Below, one piece after another: positions 57,064 to 64,000 of a stretch of DNA of 64,000 nt (within the stretch, counting starts at the first letter, position 1; every line of letters begins with the position of its first letter). The DNA lies in NCBI GenBank assembly GCA_937625935.1, contig OW569352.1:62001-126000 (forward strand). Direction: 5' to 3'. This stretch comes from Tetramitus jugosus (taxonomy: Eukaryota; Protista; Heterolobosea). The notes below the pieces were generated by a model. It was given only the letters and a program-made list of their open reading frames with translations, did no database searches and had not been told where the DNA came from. A program made the position numbers and the translations under genes.

Positions 57064-57963
57064 TTAACCAAGGATCAAGGTTTCTCCTCCATCAACGAAT
57101 TGATGCTTTGGCACTTCCAAGTTCAATGGAGCAGGTCCCAAACGAATTCTTCCGGATGCATCGTAGTGAGAACCGTGGCAAGGGCAGAAGAAAGCATTGT
57201 AGTTACCAGCGTCAGTGACTGGGACACAACCCAAGTGAGTACAGATGGCCAATAGGATAGCCCATTCTGGCTCCTTGCATCTCTCCTCATCCTTTTGTGG
57301 ATCTCTCAATTCAGACAAAGGAACGCTCTTAACAATGGCGACTTCCTCAGCAGTTCTGTGCTTGATGAAAACTGGCTTACCTCTCCATGTGATGGTGATG
57401 GTCTTACCGAGTGGAATTGGACGCAAATCGACTTCAATTCTAGCAACGGCCAAAACATCGGCAGATGCACCCCAAGAGTACAAAACCTTCAAAACGACCA
57501 AACGAGCACCAGCAGCTCCAAGGAATCTGCTTCCGCTAGCCATAAAGTATGCGAATTGTCTCTTGTCATATGCACCTTGAAGACCTTGAGCCTTCAACAC
57601 AGAGGTTATAGTCTCGTCTGTTTGGTAACCTGTCTTTGGTGCCTTTGAGATCAAATTTTGGACACTCTCTGGGATTGCTTTTGGATCAACAACTGGTGCT
57701 TCAACAGATGTTGAGTATTGTCTGATGAGTGGTGTTGAGATGCGTTGAGTAAAGTTGAAGTTTTGCTTTGCGTTGAAACCAGTGAGTCTGACTTTGTTTT
57801 GTGAGAAGAATCTAGAGCCCAATGCAGGAGCGGTGAACTTTCCAGAGGAAACAGCGTTGAATTGATTACCAACGGCGCTAATTAGAGAAGGTGAAAGGAT
57901 GACATCTCTCTTTTGTGCACTCTTGATGAGTGGAGTCTTAATTCTGAAACAAAAGTTGCTCAT
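57064..57963 (-). CDS. UQCRFS1: Cytochrome bc1 Rieske iron-sulfur protein
   Basis: [30 protein letters not shown]; presequence. Confidence 0.97.
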   Translation of the reverse strand: MSNFCFRIKTPLIKSAQKRDVILSPSLISAVGNQFNAVSSGKFTAPALGSRFFSQNKVRLTGFNAKQNFNFTQRISTPLIRQYSTSVEAPVVDPKAIPESVQNLISKAPKTGYQTDETITSVLKAQGLQGAYDKRQFAYFMASGSRFLGAAGARLVVLKVLYSWGASADVLAVARIEVDLRPIPLGKTITITWRGKPVFIKHRTAEEVAIVKSVPLSELRDPQKDEERCKEPEWAILLAICTHLGCVPVTDAGNYNAFFCPCHGSHYDASGRIRLGPAPLNLEVPKHQFVDGGETLILG

Positions 57964-58163
57964 TGCTCTGCGTTTTAGTGCGAAAGTTGTTCACCTATGT
58001 GTGTTGTTGCTGATTTTGTTGCGTCGCATCGGAAAAATGGAAAAAGGTTGACTGTTTTTACAACAATGAACATTCACCAATTTATTTATCCGTCACGGTG
58101 ATACAACACCTAAAATATTGGATGTCCAGAAGTTTTGTGCAAATTTGTTGTTGAAATTATGGT

Positions 58164-60377
58164 TTATACATCACCATACATAATGTCAATATGGCTTTGG
58201 TATCTTGTCTTGAGGTCTTTTCTCTTTAGTTTCATGGCTGCGGTCAAGAGGCCGTTTTCTGGTGTCCATTCATCATTTACAATCGTGAATTCTTGCATCA
58301 ATTCAATGCTCTTGAGCTTGGACTTCTTGGCTTCGAGATCAAAGCTTTCCTTCACTGCCTTTTTGAAGGCAGCATTCTTGATTAAGGAGTCCAAATCATC
58401 TGATACTCCATTTTGATAGGCCCAGTTCTTGGCTTGCAATTCAGCAGGCAACACAACACCAATCACGTGGCTGTGTTGAGAATCACCATAGACGAACAAG
58501 CCGTTTGGTGCGACAAATGGTGAGTTTGCATACACGGATTCAACTTTTTCAATAGCAACGTATTCACCGTGATCCATCTTCACCAAGTTCTTCTTTCTGT
58601 CGATGATTTTGAGGTGACCACATGTAATCGTACCCACATCACCAGTGTGGAACCATCCTTCCTCATCAAAGTCTTCGCTCTTTGGCTTACCAAAGTAACC
58701 AGCTGTGACGCATGGACCTCTCGTCCAGATCTCACCCTTCGGTTCCTTGTCTGACGCCAAGTAGTTCATTTCAGGAATACTGACGAGCTTTAGTTCAGCA
58801 CCAGTGACCACAGGTCCAATAAATCCAGGCTTCAACTTTTGCACCATGGAGTTAACAGTTAGACCGGCTGTAGTCTCAGTGAGTCCATAACCCTGGAGCA
58901 TAGATGCACCAAAACACAATCTGATAAATTCTTGAGTTGATGGAGTCAATGGAGCACCTCCAGACAAAATGATTTCTGCCTTGCCACCCATGAGAGCCTT
59001 CAACTTTCCGAACAAGATCTTATTCCAGAGTGGAGTGTCTCTGTTTTGTTGATATGCGTGCTTCTTTGCTGCGTAAGCTGTATTGAACAACCATTTCTTG
59101 ATTGGACTTGTTCCAGGTTCCTCCAACTTACTCAACACAGTCTTCTTAATCGTATCAAAAATTCTAGGTACACCAGCCATCACAGTAGGTTGAACAGCGG
59201 CAAAATCACCACATGGCTTGGCTCCAGTATCAGTCAGCGTACGAGGAGATCCATAACCGATTCTTCCACCACCTGTAAGGATCAAAAGTTCAGCGACACT
59301 CTCCAAAATATGAGCCAACGGTAAATAAGCCAAATAAGTCCATTGAGAAACATCCAACTCTGCAGATTCAGAAACAGTAGCAGAAGCAGCAACCATATTG
59401 GAATGCTTAATCAAAACACCCTTTGGATCTCCAGTGGTACCAGATGTGTACATAATAATGGCCAATGAATCCTTGGTAGGACGCTCGCGGATTGGAACAG
59501 CAGTAGCCTCAGTTTCCTGCGATCCTAATCGCTCGACTTCTTCAAATGACATGATGTTCAATGGTGTTTCTTGCTTGAGTCTTTGAATTTCGTACTCTCT
59601 TCTGCTGAGTTCCTCTTCAGTTGCCTCCAATGGTGTGCTTGACACATAGATGATGTTCTTCAACGAAGGAATCTTTTGACACAGAGTGTGAAGACGTGGC
59701 AATTGATCCTCATTGATCAACATGGAAGTCACTTGAGTTTCATTCAGCGAGAGAATCAGTGCATCTTCACCTAGATTTGCATAAACGGTCACAAGTGTAA
59801 TATTGTACTGATAGGCAGCCAGTGCAGCCATCATCCACTCCATACACGTGTTTTCAAACATTGCAAATCGATCACCACTGTTCAAGCCACAGAATTGAGC
59901 CATTCCTCTTGCGAAATGAGTCACCTTTTGATGAACTTGATCATAGCTCAAATAGGACAATGCACCAAACTCTGGTGTCTCCCACACTTTTGTTGTTCCG
60001 TTGGACATCACTTTGGAAGCCTTGTGAATTTTGACCAATGGTCTCCTACCCATACAAGGCTTCTTTCCATACAATTTGACCACATGATCAAACAATTGAT
60101 CCACAGTTTCAACACCAGCAAAGGCACTCGTGGTCAATCGCTCAGGATGTTTTCCATTTCGATAAATGTCGGACTCTGCTTCAGGATTCTTACTCTTTTG
60201 ATGAGTGACGAGACTGCTCAGATTCACCTTGTCTTTGGTAAACATGGATGATCCTCCAAGGTCCTTTGGAAGCGCGGATTTGCCCTTGATGGCATAAGCA
60301 ACGTAGAAACAGACGAGATCAAGTGTGTTTAAAAGCGTGGCAAAGAACCATGAGACAAAGGATTTGACTGCGCTCAT
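58164..60377 (-). CDS. Long-chain acyl-CoA synthetase
   Basis: MYTSGTTGDPKGV, YLPLAHI, QGYGLTET, GWFHTGD, IIDRKKNLVK. Confidence 0.95.
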   Translation of the reverse strand: MSAVKSFVSWFFATLLNTLDLVCFYVAYAIKGKSALPKDLGGSSMFTKDKVNLSSLVTHQKSKNPEAESDIYRNGKHPERLTTSAFAGVETVDQLFDHVVKLYGKKPCMGRRPLVKIHKASKVMSNGTTKVWETPEFGALSYLSYDQVHQKVTHFARGMAQFCGLNSGDRFAMFENTCMEWMMAALAAYQYNITLVTVYANLGEDALILSLNETQVTSMLINEDQLPRLHTLCQKIPSLKNIIYVSSTPLEATEEELSRREYEIQRLKQETPLNIMSFEEVERLGSQETEATAVPIRERPTKDSLAIIMYTSGTTGDPKGVLIKHSNMVAASATVSESAELDVSQWTYLAYLPLAHILESVAELLILTGGGRIGYGSPRTLTDTGAKPCGDFAAVQPTVMAGVPRIFDTIKKTVLSKLEEPGTSPIKKWLFNTAYAAKKHAYQQNRDTPLWNKILFGKLKALMGGKAEIILSGGAPLTPSTQEFIRLCFGASMLQGYGLTETTAGLTVNSMVQKLKPGFIGPVVTGAELKLVSIPEMNYLASDKEPKGEIWTRGPCVTAGYFGKPKSEDFDEEGWFHTGDVGTITCGHLKIIDRKKNLVKMDHGEYVAIEKVESVYANSPFVAPNGLFVYGDSQHSHVIGVVLPAELQAKNWAYQNGVSDDLDSLIKNAAFKKAVKESFDLEAKKSKLKSIELMQEFTIVNDEWTPENGLLTAAMKLKRKDLKTRYQSHIDIMYGDV

Positions 60378-60705
60378 GATAATAACGGTATGATAACAAT
60401 CGTAGTTTTTGCTTTGTCTTTTTGCCTTCAGAAAAAAAATGGCGAGTCGAAATTTTTTTGTTCGATCTTGGGATTGCGACATTGATGCGAGGTTCCACGT
60501 CACCCAGCCAGATGAACAATCTCAGATGTGTTCTAGAGTGGGAAAAAGAATGAAACACACAAAATGTATTTTCAAAGAGATAATAGATCAACCAACACAT
60601 AGGTTCCAGATACTCCAAGTCGACCACCAAACATGAAAAAACCACAAGACAACGTGAAATTCAGAGAAAGTTACGAGAAACACTAAAAATAGAATGAAAC
60701 ATCAA

Positions 60706-60778
60706 GCCGTCGTAGCTCAGCTGGAAGAGCACTGGACTTCTAATCCAGTGGTCGCGGGTTCGAGTCCCGTCGTCGGTA
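60706..60778 (+). tRNA. tRNA-Arg(TCT)
   Basis: Identical to 40091-40163; T5 terminator. Confidence 0.95.
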
Positions 60779-60982
60779 CTTTTTGTTCCGACAGCCACGC
60801 ATGACAGTTCGTGTTCTTCTTCCAACTTCGTAATTCCCTCACATTGGCCACAAGTGAACAACAACTTCCCGAATCTCCTACACCAACCTCCATTATTCTT
60901 CTTCTGCTTTTTCACTGACAAACACCCCCAAATTCGAAAAAAACCAAACCAAACTATTCCCCAAATCAAAATCTGATATATC

Positions 60983-62824
60983 ATGAACAAGGACGTGTCT
61001 GCTGGCCCTCTGTTCAGCTATAGCAGAGACAGCAATGGTGACTCTGAAACAAAGGTACTCTATGGCTTAGTGAGCAAGCACAAGCACACACAGACGGAGA
61101 CAACATTTGGATTGGGTCCATGGGGACTGTTGTTCTATGTGAGAGTGGGCAACTCTTCCACAAGTTATAATAATGAACAGACCAACAACAGTAATAGTAG
61201 CTCAGAGATTACGATCATGTTTCTGTTCTACTTGTTTTACTTGTTTTTGAGTCCTCGGAAAAAGTCATGGTTCTGCTTGCCTTTGCTCTCTTTTATGAGA
61301 TATGTGGACAATAGTGATGGTCAGAAGAGTAGACCACCGACCATGTGGGGTTTTGCATTGATGGGACTGTTGGGTGTCGCTGTGAGCTGTGCAGGAAAGA
61401 TTCTGGTGCTGAGTCCATTGTTGTTAACGGTGAGCGTTCAGACTGGGTGCGCTGAAACCAAGAGAGAATTTACAACTTGTTTGCTCCTGTATTGGAGAAT
61501 TCTGTTGGGAAGAATGAACTGTAGAATTTTTTGGCCATTTTTTGGCGTTGTTCATTGGAATGATCAAAAGACTGGTGGTTACAAGGAGTACAGTGTCATT
61601 TGGCCTCTGTTCCGTTATCAGTATAGCGAAAAGAGTGAACGTATGACTTTGCACTTGTTGTTCCCATTTTTTAAGCTCGTCAAGAGTCCAGAGGAATTTG
61701 CTCTTCGATTCTTGCCCTTCACTTGGATAAAGACTGTGAATGGAGTGATGAGTCGTGGTTTCGTCCTATTGTTCTATTGGGAAGTGAATGATGAGAAACA
61801 AACTATTGGTGTGTTCCCCATTTTCCACATGAAGAAGGACAAGAAGACTGATACCATCAAGACTCTGTATGCTCTGTTTATGGGCATGTACCGCACAACA
61901 GACACATCCAAGACATTGATGATTACTCCTCTGTGGTGGAGTCATTGGAAGTTGTCATCGACTCATGCCTCGGGATATGACTATTACGTGCACATGTTGC
62001 TTCCTCTGTTTGCCTATGGAAATTTCACTCCAACAAGTGAGCAAAAGGAAGGAGCTGCCAAATATTTTGAAAACTTTATGCTGTGTGTTCCATTGTTGGC
62101 CACACTAGTGTCCTATAGACCTAGAGACTCCATCATCAACATCTTTGTTTTGGCTCTGGCTTGGTACTACCATGATCTGAAGAACGAGAGAAAGTATATT
62201 TATGGTACAATCTATGGTCAATATCAGAGAGGTCCTGCTAGGTATCACTCTGTACTCTTTGTGCTTGCTCTGTGGAAGGAGGGTATGATTATGAATGATC
62301 TGGACGTGTGGGTGTTGTTTGGTTTGATCAGATACAGGTATGATGGTCTTGTTAAAGAAACTGTCACATGGTTCCTTCCATTCTACTATGTGAAGCACGA
62401 TGAGCGCGTTCAATTGCCGAATGGTGACTATGATTGCATGAACTTTACAGTGAGAATATTGATTCTGTTCAAGATTGAGGCACACAACTCAGACTCGTTG
62501 CCTCCTCCACCCTCAAGCACATTCCAAGTGGACTCTCAGAAGGAAGTTTCTCCTGTTGATAATGCCTACAGTTACAATTATGCACCACCATCGGCCAATC
62601 AACCACCGCCATTCAATCCACCACCATCTAATCAATCGTACAACGTACCATTCAACGCTCCACCTCAGCCAACCTATTCCCAACAACCATACGTGCAACA
62701 ACCATATGTGCAACCGCAACCGTACAGAAGTCTTCCTCCAACTCCTAAACATCTGGCTGCTAATAGTCAACCTGTTGAGCACAATCCATATACTCTACAA
62801 GGATATGGTCAATCTGGATTTTAA
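60983..62824 (+). CDS. Hydrophobic repeat protein (WP-F/LPF repeats) with a Pro/Gln/Tyr-rich tail
   Basis: Recurring FWPFF, IWPLF, LFPFF, FLPF, VFPIF, TPLW, LLPLF units. Confidence 0.7.
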   Translation: MNKDVSAGPLFSYSRDSNGDSETKVLYGLVSKHKHTQTETTFGLGPWGLLFYVRVGNSSTSYNNEQTNNSNSSSEITIMFLFYLFYLFLSPRKKSWFCLPLLSFMRYVDNSDGQKSRPPTMWGFALMGLLGVAVSCAGKILVLSPLLLTVSVQTGCAETKREFTTCLLLYWRILLGRMNCRIFWPFFGVVHWNDQKTGGYKEYSVIWPLFRYQYSEKSERMTLHLLFPFFKLVKSPEEFALRFLPFTWIKTVNGVMSRGFVLLFYWEVNDEKQTIGVFPIFHMKKDKKTDTIKTLYALFMGMYRTTDTSKTLMITPLWWSHWKLSSTHASGYDYYVHMLLPLFAYGNFTPTSEQKEGAAKYFENFMLCVPLLATLVSYRPRDSIINIFVLALAWYYHDLKNERKYIYGTIYGQYQRGPARYHSVLFVLALWKEGMIMNDLDVWVLFGLIRYRYDGLVKETVTWFLPFYYVKHDERVQLPNGDYDCMNFTVRILILFKIEAHNSDSLPPPPSSTFQVDSQKEVSPVDNAYSYNYAPPSANQPPPFNPPPSNQSYNVPFNAPPQPTYSQQPYVQQPYVQPQPYRSLPPTPKHLAANSQPVEHNPYTLQGYGQSGF

Positions 62825-62859
62825 TTCGTAAATCGTTGTTGTATTTAATGTTGTTCATT

Positions 62860-64000
62860 TTACAATCGATATCTTCTCTTTGGAGCAGGAGTTCTTCTCA
62901 TATTTCTTGCTTCAAAAACAGTTCTTGCCTTGTCGTAACTGTCATCTGTCACACGTCTGAACATCTCCAGAGCACATACTGGATTGTCCTGAGGGACCAT
63001 GTGACCTGCAAACAACACTTTCCACAGTTCGAAGTTCTCGTACTTCTTTCTGAAAGCAATGTTGGTGTTGCCAAGAATACCATCAGTGTTTTCAGGATTT
63101 GGCAACTTTGGTCTCACTTCGACGTTTGCAGTCTTTTGCCATGATGACAATCCAGACCAGTTCTTCATTCTGTTGATCCATGCTTCAGTAGACAAAACAT
63201 CAACGATAACATCTAATTGGCCAGAATACACGATAACCTTGATACCAGCCTCCAACAACTGCTCCACTTGAGCAACAGATGGCTTCATAAAGTCAGCATA
63301 CAAATAAGTGAATACATCACCACTCTCCAGGTCCCACTTGATATTGTTAGGAATTGTTTTTCCAACTGGTAGCAATGAATTGAACTTCTTTCTCTGTTCT
63401 TCGTTCATGTACTTGGTCATGTTGTCATACGTGTATTCTGTGTGACGCAAAAAGTTGTAGAAGCTGACTGATCCTGCAGCACTGATAATAAGCTCTTGTT
63501 GGCTGCCCCATAGATCAGTAGCTGCTTCAAACTGATTGTTTTCCAGTGCTGTTTCAATCTTTGAAGCATACATGTCAATTTGTTCTCTTGATTGATCATC
63601 CACGTGACTCAAAGCTTGCAAATACTTGCCATAAGAGTTCACTGCATCTTGAGGACTAATCCAGCTATCACCCAGAGCAACACCAGTCAGTTTCAGACCA
63701 GGAATACCTGCCTTCAATAAACCAACAGCAATGTTGCTGTTCATCTTACCTCCATAGCTTTCACTAAAGATCCACAGTGGCTTATTGTGGAAAGAAGGGA
63801 AGCGGAGGAACATTTGCTTCATTACGGTGATAAAATGGCGCACCAAATCATCTTCACTCTTGGCGTAGCCATTCTTATTTAGCACGTAGCTATAACCACT
63901 ACCTACTGGTTGATCCACAAAAATGAGTGCATTGGCATAGTCCATCCATGTTAAGCTTCTGTTTTGAGGCTTGCTAGCTTCTCCACAGAGATCGATTGGA
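62860..64000 (-). CDS. Serine carboxypeptidase S10 (SCPEP1-like), 5' end outside the window
   Basis: FVDQPVGSGYSY, SESYGGK, YSGQLDVIV, AGHMVP. Confidence 0.93.
   Translation of the reverse strand, partial: PIDLCGEASKPQNRSLTWMDYANALIFVDQPVGSGYSYVLNKNGYAKSEDDLVRHFITVMKQMFLRFPSFHNKPLWIFSESYGGKMNSNIAVGLLKAGIPGLKLTGVALGDSWISPQDAVNSYGKYLQALSHVDDQSREQIDMYASKIETALENNQFEAATDLWGSQQELIISAAGSVSFYNFLRHTEYTYDNMTKYMNEEQRKKFNSLLPVGKTIPNNIKWDLESGDVFTYLYADFMKPSVAQVEQLLEAGIKVIVYSGQLDVIVDVLSTEAWINRMKNWSGLSSWQKTANVEVRPKLPNPENTDGILGNTNIAFRKKYENFELWKVLFAGHMVPQDNPVCALEMFRRVTDDSYDKARTVFEARNMRRTPAPKRRYRL

Overview
Gene-dense eukaryotic DNA with short GT(A)TGT/GTAAGT...AG introns and CAA/GAT microsatellites in coding regions. 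It probably comes from a free-living protist; a heterolobosean/Discoba origin is my inference only. The left 25 kb is an accessory region with three notable parts. (1) Poly(A)-tailed non-LTR retroelements are inserted head-to-head about 30-55 bp upstream of tRNA-Ala and tRNA-Lys genes. Three are stacked at the tRNA-Lys site, and one family carries ORF1 only. (2) Six RWP-RK transcription-factor paralogs form a tandem array with conserved upstream motifs. (3) A ~4.3 kb insertion inside that array encodes a RAG1/Transib-type DDE transposase, with RAG1 catalytic, Zn-binding and NBD-like motifs and one in-frame stop, plus a convergent orphan ORF. The right 39 kb is mostly housekeeping genes: PCCB, Gos1-type SNARE, RNA triphosphatase/DUSP, Sec14, Spc25, SOD-fold protein, Rieske protein, acyl-CoA synthetase, S10 carboxypeptidase and two tRNA-Arg. 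It also holds a ~3,145-aa actinin/spectrin-like gene, an apparently circularly permuted bacterial-type TIM-barrel protein and an unexplained hairpin next to tRNA-Arg. All family calls come from motif recognition by eye; no searches were run.
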